Origin: Candidatus Binatia bacterium
GTDB lineage: Bacteria; Desulfobacterota; Binatia; Bin18
Direction: 5' to 3'
Assembly: GCA_963664395.2 (NCBI GenBank)
Contig: OY761159.2
Location: 2,816,001 to 2,880,000, forward strand
DNA: 64,000 nucleotides
Shown: positions 27,619 through 38,155 of the stretch, one piece after another
Layout: each line of letters opens with the position of its first letter
How positions within the stretch are numbered: position 1 is the first letter of the stretch
Notes under the pieces: generated by a model
The model's input: the letters and a program-made list of their open reading frames with translations, nothing else
What the model was told of the DNA's origin: nothing
Databases searched by the model: none
Translations under genes and position numbers: made by a program

Positions 27619-28608
27619 ATGGATGGAGATATTTCGGCTCTGAACGAACGGGTGAAAGAAGAAGCCGTGTCGCTGGCACGCTTACGAGACGCTATTGGCC
27701 AGGTCATTATCGGTCAGCATTATCTCGTAGACCGCTTGATTGTCGGTCTGTTGGCGAACGGCCACGTTCTGCTGGAAGGCGTCCCCGGCTTAGCCAAGAC
27801 ACTATCAGTCAAGACGCTTGCCCAAACCATCAGCGCCCGCTTTCAGCGTCTCCAATTTACCCCGGACCTCCTCCCCGCAGACCTCATAGGCACGCTGATC
27901 TACAATCCTCGCGAGGGCACCTTTACGACCAAGAAGGGGCCGGTTTTTGCCAATATTATTCTGGCGGATGAGATTAACCGGGCGCCGGCGAAGGTCCAAA
28001 GCGCCCTGCTCGAAGCCATGCAGGAACGTCAGGTGACGATAGGTGAGGAGACCCATCTCCTGCCGGATCCCTTCCTGGTTTTGGCCACCCAGAACCCCAT
28101 TGAGCAGGAAGGCACCTATCCCTTGCCGGAGGCCCAGCTCGACCGCTTCATGTTGAAGCTCTGGGTGACCTATCCTTCAAAGGAAGAAGAGCGGCAGATC
28201 CTGGATCGCATGGCGTCCACCACTCCGCCCGCTGCCGCCAGTCCGGTGCTGAGTACGGCTGACATTGTGCGTCTGCGCAGCCTGACCGACCAGATTTATC
28301 TGGACGACAAAATTAAGGATTATATAATTGATCTGGTCTTTGCCACACGCGATCCCGCAGCCTACAACATCGATGTCCAGCACTTTATTCAGTACGGCGC
28401 TTCACCGCGGGCCACCCTGTCACTGGCCGTCGCCACCAAAGCCTATGCCCTGCTCCAGGGACGCGGATACGTGACTCCTCAAGATGTGAAATCCATTGGC
28501 CCGGACATTCTGCGCCACCGGGTCATTATTACGTATGAGGCCGAGGCCGAAGAACTGACCGCAGATACCGTCCTGCAATACATCTTTGATGGCGTGCCCG
28601 TGCCCTAG
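27619..28608 (+). CDS. moxR: MoxR AAA+ ATPase
   Basis: GHVLLEGVPGLAKT, QFTPDLLPAD, ADEINRAP, ATQNPIEQEGTYPLPEAQLDRF. Confidence 0.96.
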   Translation: MDGDISALNERVKEEAVSLARLRDAIGQVIIGQHYLVDRLIVGLLANGHVLLEGVPGLAKTLSVKTLAQTISARFQRLQFTPDLLPADLIGTLIYNPREGTFTTKKGPVFANIILADEINRAPAKVQSALLEAMQERQVTIGEETHLLPDPFLVLATQNPIEQEGTYPLPEAQLDRFMLKLWVTYPSKEEERQILDRMASTTPPAAASPVLSTADIVRLRSLTDQIYLDDKIKDYIIDLVFATRDPAAYNIDVQHFIQYGASPRATLSLAVATKAYALLQGRGYVTPQDVKSIGPDILRHRVIITYEAEAEELTADTVLQYIFDGVPVP

Positions 28609-28611
28609 GCT

Positions 28612-29487
28612 ATGCTCACTTCGGAACAACTCAAAGCGGTCCGTAAGATTCATATTCGGACCAGCCATCTGGTCAGCGATGTCTTTGCCGGCCAATACCA
28701 GAGCGCGTTCAAAGGCCACGGCATGGAGTTTGCCGAGGTACGGCAATACTTCCCCGGTGATGATGTACGCGCCATTGATTGGAACGTCACCGCCCGGACG
28801 GGCATCCCACACGTCAAACGGTTTAGTGAAGAGCGCGAACTCACGGTTATGCTCTTGGTGGATGCCAGTGCCTCGACGCAGTTTGGGACCGTTTCTCAGT
28901 TGAAGAGTACTATGGCCGCGGAAATGGCGGCCCTGTTTGCATTCTCGGCCATCACCAATAATGACAAAGTCGGTCTGGTGATGTTCAGTAACGAGGTCGA
29001 GTTGGCGCTTCCACCCAAGAAGGGCACGCGGCATGTCCTGCGTGTTATCCGTGAGGTGCTCTCATTTCAGAGCCGCCAGCGCGGCACAAATATCGCCGCC
29101 GCCCTGGAACATCTGAGTCATGTCAGTAAGCGCCGGGCGGTTGTCTTTCTCATCTCTGACTTGCTCGATCCTCACGCCGCCCTGGCGCTGAAAATTGCCA
29201 ATCATCGGCATGACGTGATTGCTATTGTGTTAGACGACCCCCGCGAGCTGAGCCTGCCAAACATCGGACTGATTGAGCTTCAGGATGCGGAAACAGGAGA
29301 GCGAGAGCTGGTTGATACCGGTGACCGACTGGTTCGGGAAGAGTTTGCCCAGCGGGCAGCCGCGGCCCGAAACGACAGAGACCGCATGTTGCGTCGCGCA
29401 AACGCAGACACCATTACGGTTCGTACTGACCAGCCATATGTGGAAGCTTTACTGCGCTTCTTTCGCATGCGCGAGAAGCGGCAGTAA
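28612..29487 (+). CDS. DUF58 (VWA-like) protein
   Basis: GMEFAEVRQY.PGDDVRAIDWNVTAR, EEREL, DASAS. Confidence 0.93.
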   Translation: MLTSEQLKAVRKIHIRTSHLVSDVFAGQYQSAFKGHGMEFAEVRQYFPGDDVRAIDWNVTARTGIPHVKRFSEERELTVMLLVDASASTQFGTVSQLKSTMAAEMAALFAFSAITNNDKVGLVMFSNEVELALPPKKGTRHVLRVIREVLSFQSRQRGTNIAAALEHLSHVSKRRAVVFLISDLLDPHAALALKIANHRHDVIAIVLDDPRELSLPNIGLIELQDAETGERELVDTGDRLVREEFAQRAAAARNDRDRMLRRANADTITVRTDQPYVEALLRFFRMREKRQ

Positions 29488-29501
29488 GTGCTGAATTTCT
29501 C

Positions 29502-30527
29502 ATGATACGCCCCCCTCTTGTCGCCCTCAAGACGCCTCTGGCATTGCTGCTCGCCGCGTGGCAACTGCTCATCCTCCCTGCCCCGGCCCGGACGGCTTCG
29601 GACGCAGCTGAGCCGGCGGGTCCGGTTCACATCCGGACCAATGTCGATCGGGCTGAAATCACTATCGGTGATTACATCCGATACACCATTGCGATCGGCG
29701 CGGAGGCAGGGATAGACGTCTCTGTCCCGCTGTTGCACGACCGCGCCGGCGATTTTGACATTATCGACTTTGGTCAGGAGCCAGCGCAGTCGCAGGCTGG
29801 GCGCACCACACTCACACAGTGGTACACGCTCACCATTTTCACCACGGGCTACCACATTGTCCCCGCACCCAGCGTACCCTATACCACGCCGGACGGGACA
29901 CGGCACGAGGCCGCCGGCGAGGCAATCCGCATCCATGTGGCCAGCTTGTTCACGCAGGAAGGGCAACCGACCGACATTCGCGATATCAAACCACCGGAAG
30001 ACATCCCCTTTAACTGGCGCCCGTATCTCCTGGGTGGAACTCTCCTGGCCGCTGTCCTCGGCATTGGGGTCGCCCTCTACTCTTTTCTCAAGCGCTTTCG
30101 TCGGACGGCGACCGCTCCACCCCGACCAGCCTATGAGGTCGCCCGTGAGGCCCTGTCTCAATTGCGGGCCAAGCAATTACCTCAAGCCGGTCAGTTCGAG
30201 GTGTATTATGTTGCGCTGTCTGCTATCGTCCGGACCTATCTGGAAGATGGACTCAACGTGCGCGCCCCGGAAATGACAACAGAAGAATTCCTCTCCGCAG
30301 TCACACGCGATACTCGCCTCAGCCGTCTCCCTGCGGCCCAACAGCGCCTACTCGGCGCATTCTTATCCCAAGCGGATTTAGTTAAATTCGCACGACATAT
30401 ACCGAGCCTGGATGACAGCGATGCGGCCCATGAAGCTGCCGGACGGTTTGTGGACGAAACGCGGCAGTCTGAGACGCTCTCTCACGAGGAAGACCGGCCG
30501 CGGGAGGATCGCTATGCGGCTGCATGA
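29502..30527 (+). CDS. Bat-operon membrane protein
   Basis: Signal peptide, IRDIKPP, TM helix, APEMTTEEF, ADLVKFA. Confidence 0.85.
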   Translation: MIRPPLVALKTPLALLLAAWQLLILPAPARTASDAAEPAGPVHIRTNVDRAEITIGDYIRYTIAIGAEAGIDVSVPLLHDRAGDFDIIDFGQEPAQSQAGRTTLTQWYTLTIFTTGYHIVPAPSVPYTTPDGTRHEAAGEAIRIHVASLFTQEGQPTDIRDIKPPEDIPFNWRPYLLGGTLLAAVLGIGVALYSFLKRFRRTATAPPRPAYEVAREALSQLRAKQLPQAGQFEVYYVALSAIVRTYLEDGLNVRAPEMTTEEFLSAVTRDTRLSRLPAAQQRLLGAFLSQADLVKFARHIPSLDDSDAAHEAAGRFVDETRQSETLSHEEDRPREDRYAAA

Positions 30528-31503
30528 CCCATGGTTGCTGCTTGTCCTGCTCTTCATCCCGCTTGTCTTTTGGCTCCGGCGCAAAGATGAGGCGGCAGTC
30601 CGCTATTCCAGCCTGACTCTCCTGCGTTCCCTGACGCATACCGGGAAGCGGCACTGGCGTTGGATTTTGCCTGTTTTCCGGGGGACGGCCCTCTTTCTGC
30701 TCGTCCTCGCTCTGGCCCGCCCGCAGCTCGGCAAGGCCGAGAGTCAGTATTACGCCGAAGGCATCGATATTGTGCTGGCCGTTGACATTTCGAGCAGCAT
30801 GTTGTCCGAAGACTTCAGCCTGGACGACGGTCGAGCCAACCGGCTGGAGGTTGTGAAGTCTGTGGTCAGAGATTTTGTGGCCGCCCGAGGCGGGGACCGG
30901 ATTGGCCTCGTCCTGTTTAGCGCCCGTCCGTATACCCAGTGTCCGCTCACACTCGATCACGGCTGGTTGTTGCAAAATCTGGCGCGGGCCGAGATCGGGA
31001 TGATTGAGGATGGCACGGCTCTTGGCTCTGCCCTGGCAACTGCGGCCGGTCGTTTGGAGCACTCGGCCGCGGACAGTAAGATCGTGATTCTACTCACCGA
31101 CGGGCAGAACAATGCCGGCCGGATATCTCCACTCACCGCGGCGGAGGCGGCGAGCGTGCTGCGCATCAAGGTGTATACCATTGGCGCCGGGACGCGCGGC
31201 ATGGCTCCCTATCCGACCCGGGATATGTTTGGCACTACAGTCTATCGTCCCATACGGGTTGATATCGACGAAGAGATGTTATCGAAAATTGCCAAGACAA
31301 CCGGCGGCCGCTATTTTCGCGCAACAGACACGGCCAGCCTCCAGTCCATTTACGAGACTATTGACCAGTTGGAGCGAACGACTTTTCGCGCGCCCGACTA
31401 TCTTGATTATTATGAACTCTACCCCTGGTGCATCGTGTGTGCGCTTGCTCTGGTCGGCCTGGAAGCAGGTCTGAATCACACCATCCTGCGAAAGCTGCCC
31501 TAA
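30514..31503 (+). CDS. batA: VWA domain protein BatA
   Basis: LALARPQ, DISSSM (MIDAS), DRIGLVLF, LLTDGQNN, GGRYFRA. Confidence 0.9.
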   Translation: MRLHDPWLLLVLLFIPLVFWLRRKDEAAVRYSSLTLLRSLTHTGKRHWRWILPVFRGTALFLLVLALARPQLGKAESQYYAEGIDIVLAVDISSSMLSEDFSLDDGRANRLEVVKSVVRDFVAARGGDRIGLVLFSARPYTQCPLTLDHGWLLQNLARAEIGMIEDGTALGSALATAAGRLEHSAADSKIVILLTDGQNNAGRISPLTAAEAASVLRIKVYTIGAGTRGMAPYPTRDMFGTTVYRPIRVDIDEEMLSKIAKTTGGRYFRATDTASLQSIYETIDQLERTTFRAPDYLDYYELYPWCIVCALALVGLEAGLNHTILRKLP

Positions 31504-32537
31504 TGGTTTGGCGTACTCCCCAGTTTTTGTGGCTGTTGGTGTGTGTCCCCCTTATTGCCGGTCTCCTGGTGTGGGCACTGCGGCGGCGGCGGCGGGCGTT
31601 AGAACAGTTTGCCCAAGCCAATCTCTTACCGGTTCTTACGTCTGATACGGATCCGCGCGGTCAACAGTGGCGGGCGGGTCTCTTGGTGGTGACGCTGGCA
31701 CTCCTTATTCTTGCCCTGGCAGGACCGCGTTGGGGGTTTCAATGGGAAGAGGTCCGACGTGAGGGGGTGGATATCGTTGTCGCGCTTGACACCTCCCGCA
31801 GTATGCTGGCAACGGACGTCACCCCGACTCGGTTGGACCGCGCTAAACTGGCCCTCCAGGATTTTGTGCAGCAGCTTCAGGGCGATCGGATTGGACTCAT
31901 CGCCTTTGCCGGTTCTGCTTTTGTCCAATGTCCCTTGACACTGGATTACGGTGCCTTTTTGGAAAGCCTGCGTTCCGTCACGGTCGGTATTATCCCCAAG
32001 GGTGGGACCGCGTTAGGCGCGGCAATTCGCACTGGGCTGTCGGCCTTTGAAGATCAGCCTGGCAAACATCACGCTCTTATCATTATCACCGATGGTGAAG
32101 ACCATGACGGACAGGTTCAGTCGGCCAGTCAGCAGGCGGCAGAAAAAGGGATTACCGTGTATACGGTCGGGGTCGGCACCCCGGAAGGCGAACTGATTCC
32201 CCTCAGCGTTGATGGCAGACGGACCTTTCTAAAAGACCGACAGGGGCAGGTCGTCAAGTCGCGTTTGGATACGGAAACCTTACAGCATATTGCGCTGACA
32301 ACTGGCGGCGCCTATGTCTACGATTCCGGACCAAGTCTGGGCCTTGGGGAAGTCTATACACGCTATCTGAGCCAGCTTGAAAAGCGAGAACTCACCTCAG
32401 CGCTGGAGCGGCGCTATGCAGAACGCTTTCAACTCCCTCTCACTTTAGGTCTCATCCTCCTCGCCCTGGAAGCATGTATTCGGGACCGGCGTTCTCACGG
32501 GAAGCTGCACCCAAGAGAGACGGGGAGAGATTCATGA
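31503..32537 (+). CDS. batB: VWA domain protein BatB
   Basis: LAGPRWG, DTSRSMLATDV.PTRL, IITDGEDH, VKSRLD. Confidence 0.9.
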   Translation: MVWRTPQFLWLLVCVPLIAGLLVWALRRRRRALEQFAQANLLPVLTSDTDPRGQQWRAGLLVVTLALLILALAGPRWGFQWEEVRREGVDIVVALDTSRSMLATDVTPTRLDRAKLALQDFVQQLQGDRIGLIAFAGSAFVQCPLTLDYGAFLESLRSVTVGIIPKGGTALGAAIRTGLSAFEDQPGKHHALIIITDGEDHDGQVQSASQQAAEKGITVYTVGVGTPEGELIPLSVDGRRTFLKDRQGQVVKSRLDTETLQHIALTTGGAYVYDSGPSLGLGEVYTRYLSQLEKRELTSALERRYAERFQLPLTLGLILLALEACIRDRRSHGKLHPRETGRDS

Positions 32538-33358
32538 AAATAGTGCATCACCTGCTGCTGCTGAGCTGTGCCCTCCCCTGTCTGGCCTGGACGGAGATTC
32601 CACGCGGCCAGGTTGTTGAAGGGAACCGCTTATTCCACGCAGGTAAATTTACCGACGCGACCGAACACTATGGCCAAGCATTAGTCGATCACCCCGATTC
32701 TCCAGTTCTCAATTTCAATATGGGAACTGCGCACTATAAAGCTGGAAAGTACACGGAAGCACTCTCATCTTTCTCACGCGTACAACCGAGCTCTGAAGAT
32801 TCCGAACGGACAGCGAAGACCGCCTATAATACCGGGAATGCCCATTATAAAATGGGCGTGCATGCAGAGGAGCAAAATCCTCAAGCGTCCCTTGCGGCCT
32901 ATACCGCCGCCTTGGCCTCGTATCGCCGGGCGCTAGGCGCTGACCCAACAGATCAAGATGCAAAGTTCAACTATGAGTTTGTGACCAAGAAGATCGAAGA
33001 GCTGCAAGACAAACTTGAGAACCAGCAGAACCAGCAGAACCAGCAGAACCAACAGGAACAAGAAGAGCAACAAAAGCAACAAGAGCAACAACAGGCCGAA
33101 CAGGACGCGCAGCAAGAGCAGCAAGAGCAGCAGGAGCAGCAAGAGCAGCAGGAGCAGCAACACGCCGGGGGACCGGCAGAGGAATCCTCTCGGGCAGAGC
33201 AGGAAAGGCACGCCGGCCAATCGCCCCAGGATCAACACAACCAGATGTCGGCAGACGAAGCGCAGTCTGTCATCGATACGGCTCGCAACGAAGAACTCAG
33301 CCCGGAGGAGTTTGCCCGGCAAGTCCAACGCGGAGCTGAGGCGTTACGAGATTGGTAG
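32534..33358 (+). CDS. batC: TPR protein BatC with Q/E-rich linker
   Basis: GNRLF, YNTGNAHY, DAKFNYE, Q/E tract, C-terminal RDW. Confidence 0.85.
   Translation: MKIVHHLLLLSCALPCLAWTEIPRGQVVEGNRLFHAGKFTDATEHYGQALVDHPDSPVLNFNMGTAHYKAGKYTEALSSFSRVQPSSEDSERTAKTAYNTGNAHYKMGVHAEEQNPQASLAAYTAALASYRRALGADPTDQDAKFNYEFVTKKIEELQDKLENQQNQQNQQNQQEQEEQQKQQEQQQAEQDAQQEQQEQQEQQEQQEQQHAGGPAEESSRAEQERHAGQSPQDQHNQMSADEAQSVIDTARNEELSPEEFARQVQRGAEALRDW
33020..33160 (+). repeat. Coding low-complexity repeats (NQQ/EQQ units)
   Basis: aaccagcag x3 and gagca(g/a)ca(g/a) runs. Confidence 0.8.
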
Positions 33359-33367
33359 GGAAGAAGG

Positions 33368-35224
33368 ATGGACAGGAGAGCGTTTATTCCCCCACTGTTC
33401 CTGGTGTTCGGACTTCTCTGGCCGGCTCCGTCCAGCGCGTCGGATGTGAGTGCGCTGGCCTCCGTCCGTCCGCAGCGTGCAACAGTCGGTGAGGCGTTGA
33501 CGCTGTCCATTGAAGTAAGGGGAGCCCAGAAAGCTCCTGCCCCTCCTCTCAACATTGACGGATTCGAGAGTCGTTATCTTGGCCCCTCAACACGAGTATC
33601 TATCAGGGATGGGCACGTTGCAGCGGCTGTCCAGCATCGCTACTCTCTCGTAGCGCTCAAGCCGGGACAGTTCACCCTGGGTCCATTTACCGTGGAACAT
33701 CAGGGGCAGCAGTATCACACCGACCCGCTGACCGTCACGATTGCAGCCGCCCAGGGCTCACCCCCGTCAACTGCTCCCCCTCCTTCCGGCAGACAGTCCT
33801 CCCCCGCTCAACCCCTTCCTCAAGAAGCGGACGGCCAAAACGGGCTGAGTCTTCAGCTCTCAATCCCACGCCAAGAAGTCTACCTGCATGAACGTATCCC
33901 CGTTCAGGTCAAGCTCTATGTGGGGGCCGCCCGCGTATCCGACGTCCAGTATCCAAAATTCAGCCCAGCTGGTTTTTCTGTTGAGCCTTTCCCGGAACCT
34001 GCACAGGATCGGCAGACGCTCAACGGTCAGATATTCACCGTTCTTCATTTTGACACGGAGGTCATTCCACTTCGTTCCGGGAGCTTGGCACTCGGTCCGG
34101 CGAGCCTCCAGCTCAACGTCCTCACGCGTCGCCGGGGCGGCTCGTCCTTTAGCGACCCGTTCTTTGATCGTTTTTTTCAGAATGACTTCTTTTCGACACT
34201 TTCTTCTGAGCGGCAGCAGCTCACGCTGCGTTCCGCTCCGCTCACCCTCACTGTGCTCCCCCTTCCGGAGGCAGGAAAACCAGACAATTTCTCAGGCGCG
34301 GTCGGCGCGTTTGACTTGGACGTAACAGCGGCGCCGCAGGACCTGTCTGTTGGAGACCCGATTACTGTCCGTATGCGCATTAACGGAACTGGCCATCTTG
34401 CGGATGCTGCCGCGCCCACGTTTGTGAATACCGACGGGTTCCGCACGTATGCGCCGATTGCCGGGAAAACGAACGGAGCAACAAAATCCTTTGAGCAAGT
34501 GCTCATTCCACAGGACCAGACGTTAGCCGCCGTTCCCGTGGTCCAGTTCAGTTATTTCGATCCTCAGACCCGGCGCTATCGGACACTCGAAAGCCAAGCT
34601 ATTGCCCTCGTCGTTCGCCCGCCGAAAACCACTCCAGTCATCACCGGCCACACAGATATACCGCGCAGTCAGGGCGATCAGGAAGCGCTCGGTCAGGACA
34701 TTGTGTATATCAAAGACGAGGCCGGCCCCCTCGTTCCGCAAGCCGGGCCGTGGTATCGCAGCGTTGGTTTTCTTCTGTGGCACCCCCTCCCGGTGCTGCT
34801 CTTTCTCGGTGCGTGGTGGTACGACCAGCGGCGCCGCCGGCTGAGTGGCGATAGTCGCTATGCCCGCTTTACAGCAGCGGGGAAACAGGCGCGCCGGGGC
34901 TTGGCTGAAGCACAGCGCCAACTCACACAAGGGGAGTATCAGGCATTTTACACAACGATTGCGCGCATGCTCCAAGCATATATGTCCGCCAAGCTCGGGC
35001 TGCCCCCAGGCGGTATTGAATCGGAGGCACTGCGAAATAGCGGCGTCTCTCCGGCATGTATTCAGCAGATCGAGAGGGTGTGGGAGACGTGTGAAAACAT
35101 CCGTTTCGCTCAAGGAACGGCAGAATCAATGAGAGAAAAAAGTCACGAGACCATGTCCTTCGTCCGTCATATTATTGACCGGCTTGAACACGATCATCGT
35201 CAGTTTCACACTCTTGCCACGTAG
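33368..35224 (+). CDS. batD: BatD family protein
   Basis: Signal peptide, FSGAVG.F, FSYFDP..RRY, single TM helix. Confidence 0.88.
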   Translation: MDRRAFIPPLFLVFGLLWPAPSSASDVSALASVRPQRATVGEALTLSIEVRGAQKAPAPPLNIDGFESRYLGPSTRVSIRDGHVAAAVQHRYSLVALKPGQFTLGPFTVEHQGQQYHTDPLTVTIAAAQGSPPSTAPPPSGRQSSPAQPLPQEADGQNGLSLQLSIPRQEVYLHERIPVQVKLYVGAARVSDVQYPKFSPAGFSVEPFPEPAQDRQTLNGQIFTVLHFDTEVIPLRSGSLALGPASLQLNVLTRRRGGSSFSDPFFDRFFQNDFFSTLSSERQQLTLRSAPLTLTVLPLPEAGKPDNFSGAVGAFDLDVTAAPQDLSVGDPITVRMRINGTGHLADAAAPTFVNTDGFRTYAPIAGKTNGATKSFEQVLIPQDQTLAAVPVVQFSYFDPQTRRYRTLESQAIALVVRPPKTTPVITGHTDIPRSQGDQEALGQDIVYIKDEAGPLVPQAGPWYRSVGFLLWHPLPVLLFLGAWWYDQRRRRLSGDSRYARFTAAGKQARRGLAEAQRQLTQGEYQAFYTTIARMLQAYMSAKLGLPPGGIESEALRNSGVSPACIQQIERVWETCENIRFAQGTAESMREKSHETMSFVRHIIDRLEHDHRQFHTLAT

Positions 35225-35236
35225 CACCACAGGATC

Positions 35237-36028
35237 ATGAGACCGCCCCAATTTTACCGACTGCGGCACTTGCCACGCTTGCGATTTTCTCTGCTCAGCT
35301 GTGTCTGTATTTTCTGGGCGGCTTCGATTTCCCTGGCAGCTCCAACGCCGCCTCAGACCGCTTTTTTCCGCGCCAATAGCCTCTACACCCAAGGGCAGTA
35401 CGCCGAGGCGGTCGAGGCATACGAAGCGGTGCTTCAGTCCGGCCTCGCCAGCGGCAATGTATATTTCAATCTTGGCAACGCCTATTTCAAGGCAGGCCAG
35501 GCAGGGAGAGCCATTCTGAATTATGAGCGGGCACGACGCTTCCTCCCCAGTGATCCGGATGTGGCAGCCAACCTGCAATTCGCCCGCTCGCGCACGGGCG
35601 CTGAGACCTGCCATCCCCTCCTCTGGCAGCGCCTTCTTTTTCCTCTTGCCCATATCCTCGCAACAGACCAATTGGTGTGGCTTACCAGTGTGGCTTATAC
35701 TCTGCTCTTCGCGGTTTTTGCCGCGTACCGTCTGTGGCGGCGGCCGCCGCTCCTGCACGCCGGCTGGGGATTGGCCGCACTCCTTGTTGTGCTGACGCCC
35801 TCGCTGCTGCAACGGCTCTGGACGAGCGATTGGCAGCGACACGCAATAGTCCTCGCACAAGAAGACAATCCGGTGCGTTTCGAGCCGGCTCCGAGTGGTA
35901 CGGTTCATTTCTCCGTCACCCAGGGCACGTTGGTACAGGTGCTCGATATCCGAGAAGACTGGTGGCAAGTCGCCCGCTGCGATGGGCGGCGCGGCTGGAT
36001 TGAGAAAGACGCGCTTGAAGAGCTATAG
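35237..36028 (+). CDS. batE: TPR + SH3 protein BatE
   Basis: YFNLGNAYFK...AILNYERA, two TM helices, C-terminal GRRGWI. Confidence 0.88.
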   Translation: MRPPQFYRLRHLPRLRFSLLSCVCIFWAASISLAAPTPPQTAFFRANSLYTQGQYAEAVEAYEAVLQSGLASGNVYFNLGNAYFKAGQAGRAILNYERARRFLPSDPDVAANLQFARSRTGAETCHPLLWQRLLFPLAHILATDQLVWLTSVAYTLLFAVFAAYRLWRRPPLLHAGWGLAALLVVLTPSLLQRLWTSDWQRHAIVLAQEDNPVRFEPAPSGTVHFSVTQGTLVQVLDIREDWWQVARCDGRRGWIEKDALEEL

Positions 36029-36039
36029 AGAGAGGAACC

Positions 36040-36147
36040 ATGACCGCTCTCGGCTGGATATTCTTCACCGGCACTATCGTTGTCCTTGCCCTCGGCCTGT
36101 ACATCTACATGCAGGATAGAATGGCCGACAAGCAGCACAGACACTGA
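36040..36147 (+). CDS. 35-aa single-TM small protein
   Basis: GAGGA RBS; MTALGWIFFTGTIVVLALGLYIYMQDRMADKQHRH*; below the ORF-track cut-off. Confidence 0.6.
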   Translation: MTALGWIFFTGTIVVLALGLYIYMQDRMADKQHRH

Positions 36148-36223
36148 TACGCCGACATTTCCGTATTGCCGGCTATTTTAGTCGTCTTTTCCCCTCTTGT
36201 CCCGTCTTGTCCCGTCTTGCCCC

Positions 36224-36634
36224 TCACTGTTCGGGCCGGAATTTGACCAGGGTTATTGCCTCGCTCACATCCTCAAAGGATGTCACAACCGGCATTCCAA
36301 TCGTCACCTGGTCAGGCTGGCAGCCGACGAGGTTTGTCGTGATATGCGGGCCTTCTGCCAGCTCAACAATGGCGATGACGTAGGGCACATCATTGGCAAA
36401 GGCCGGGTGCGTCGGAGCCTGGGCAATGGTGTAGGAATACAGCGTGCCTTTCCCGGACACGGGAATCCAGATGAGGTCGGCGGCTAAGCATTCCGAACAG
36501 GCTTCACGCGGGTAAAAGACATAGGTCCCACACGCATTGCAGCGCTGAATCTGGAGTTCATGCCGTTTGGCCGCATCCCAAAAGGGTTGAGAGACTTCAT
36601 TCGGATGGGGCAGGGGTTTGTTATAGTCACTCAT
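36224..36634 (-). CDS. DUF35 Zn-ribbon/OB-fold protein
   Basis: PFWDA...IQRCNACG..YPREACSEC; VPYVIAIVELAEG. Confidence 0.93.
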   Translation of the reverse strand: MSDYNKPLPHPNEVSQPFWDAAKRHELQIQRCNACGTYVFYPREACSECLAADLIWIPVSGKGTLYSYTIAQAPTHPAFANDVPYVIAIVELAEGPHITTNLVGCQPDQVTIGMPVVTSFEDVSEAITLVKFRPEQ

Positions 36635-36652
36635 AGTTTTCCTCTCCGTCGG

Positions 36653-37804
36653 CTAGGCACCCAATACCAGGCTGCACTGCTCAGCCATAATACCGCCGTT
36701 GCCGTTCACATAACCGATGGCGGCATCTTTGACCTGCCGCTCTCCCCCGCGTCCCATGAGCTGCCGCGCACCCTCAATGACATGACTCATACCCCCCGCG
36801 AGTCCCGGCTGCCCAAAAGACAGTTGGCCGCCGTGGGTATTGCACGGAAAGTCACCCGCGTAGGACAGGTCGTGGTCTGCAACAAACCGCCCGCCTTCGC
36901 CTTTTTCACAGAAACCCGCATCTTCGAGGGTGACGATAACGGTGATGGTGTAACAGTCGTAGGGCTGCACAAAGTCCATGTCCTGCGGTGTGGCGTCGGC
37001 CATGTGAAAGGCGGCTTCCGCAGCCGGTTTGACTAACGAGGTCGTCAGGCTGCGCGCATGGGTAATGCTGGAATGGCCGCCGGCCTCACCGGCTCCGAGT
37101 AAGACGACCGGCTTGTTCGGGCCGTCTTTGGCCCGTTCGGTGCTGGTGACAATAAACGCCCCACCCCCGGTACACGGACTGACGATCTCAAGCAGGTGCA
37201 AGGGATCGACAATCATGCGAGAGTTCAGCACATCATCAATTTCGATTTCTTTGCTCCCGAACAGGGCGCTCGGGTTTTTACAGGCGCTCTTGCGTTGATC
37301 GACCGCAACCTTGGCCATGTGTTCGGCAGTGGTGCCGTATTCATGCTTATGGCGTTGGGCAATCAACGCATAGCCGGGGTTGGCTGCAATCAAGCCATAG
37401 GGTGCATCGAATTCGGCCTCAATACTCGGGAAGGGCGGCATTTGCCGGGCGCGGGCGCGCCGGTCACCCAATACGCACAGCACGGTAGTGCACATGCCGG
37501 CTTCAATGGCCGCGGCGGCCCGCCAGACCATACCCGCGGCAGAGGCGCCGCCCAGTTCGACCTGGTTGAAATAGGTAGGACGGATTTGCAGGTAATCGGC
37601 CACCACCGACGGCCACAGCACGCTATAGTCACTCAGCGCCCAGCCGGTCAGCAGGCCGTCAATAGCGTTCTTTTCCAGACCGGCATCAGCAATGGCCTCG
37701 CGTGCCATATTGGCGATAATCCCCAGCGGGGTAATATCGCCCGCGCCTTTTTGTGGAGCCATTTCGGCAAATCCAGAAATTGCAGCTTTTCCCTTGATAC
37801 TCAT
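36653..37804 (-). CDS. Thiolase-like (SCP-x/lipid-transfer type) protein
   Basis: GGASAA, YDCYT, NTHGGQLS, EGARQLMG; paired with DUF35. Confidence 0.92.
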   Translation of the reverse strand: MSIKGKAAISGFAEMAPQKGAGDITPLGIIANMAREAIADAGLEKNAIDGLLTGWALSDYSVLWPSVVADYLQIRPTYFNQVELGGASAAGMVWRAAAAIEAGMCTTVLCVLGDRRARARQMPPFPSIEAEFDAPYGLIAANPGYALIAQRHKHEYGTTAEHMAKVAVDQRKSACKNPSALFGSKEIEIDDVLNSRMIVDPLHLLEIVSPCTGGGAFIVTSTERAKDGPNKPVVLLGAGEAGGHSSITHARSLTTSLVKPAAEAAFHMADATPQDMDFVQPYDCYTITVIVTLEDAGFCEKGEGGRFVADHDLSYAGDFPCNTHGGQLSFGQPGLAGGMSHVIEGARQLMGRGGERQVKDAAIGYVNGNGGIMAEQCSLVLGA

Positions 37805-37915
37805 ACGTCCCCTCCTGTGCATAACAAACGCCCATCCTTAATAGCGCAGTCGATGGGTGGGGGAAAGGAAAGGGAGAGATTTAGCGTACTCGTCTATTCC
37901 GCTAAAGAGGCGGAG

Positions 37916-38155
37916 TCATAGCCAACCACGAAACCCATCAGTCATCAGTGCTGAACCGGACAACGGACTGCCCAGACGCTGCCGAAAATCGTGACCAAGA
38001 AAGGCGTGCGCGGCAATATGCATCACTAATGGACCCAGGGTTGGAATAAGATCAAATGTCCCCTCCTCGCCCAGGCGTTTCATGAGGGCAAAGGTTTCGT
38101 CGGCCATGGTTGTCACATGCCGGTGCATCTTAGGAGGAAATGCGTGATCTGCCAT
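37916..38155 (-). pseudogene. Cytochrome P450 internal fragment (CYP51-like)
   Basis: MHRHVTTMADET...LGEEGTFDLIPTLGPLVMHIAAHAFLGHDFRQRL resembles the P450 D-E helix region; no heme-Cys motif. Confidence 0.6.

Noticed and set aside
33020-33160. Q/E repeat as an independent repeat system
   Set aside because: Ordinary low-complexity linker typical of BatC.
36195-36223. (TCTTGTCCCG) short tandem repeat
   Set aside because: Under three copies; too short to interpret.
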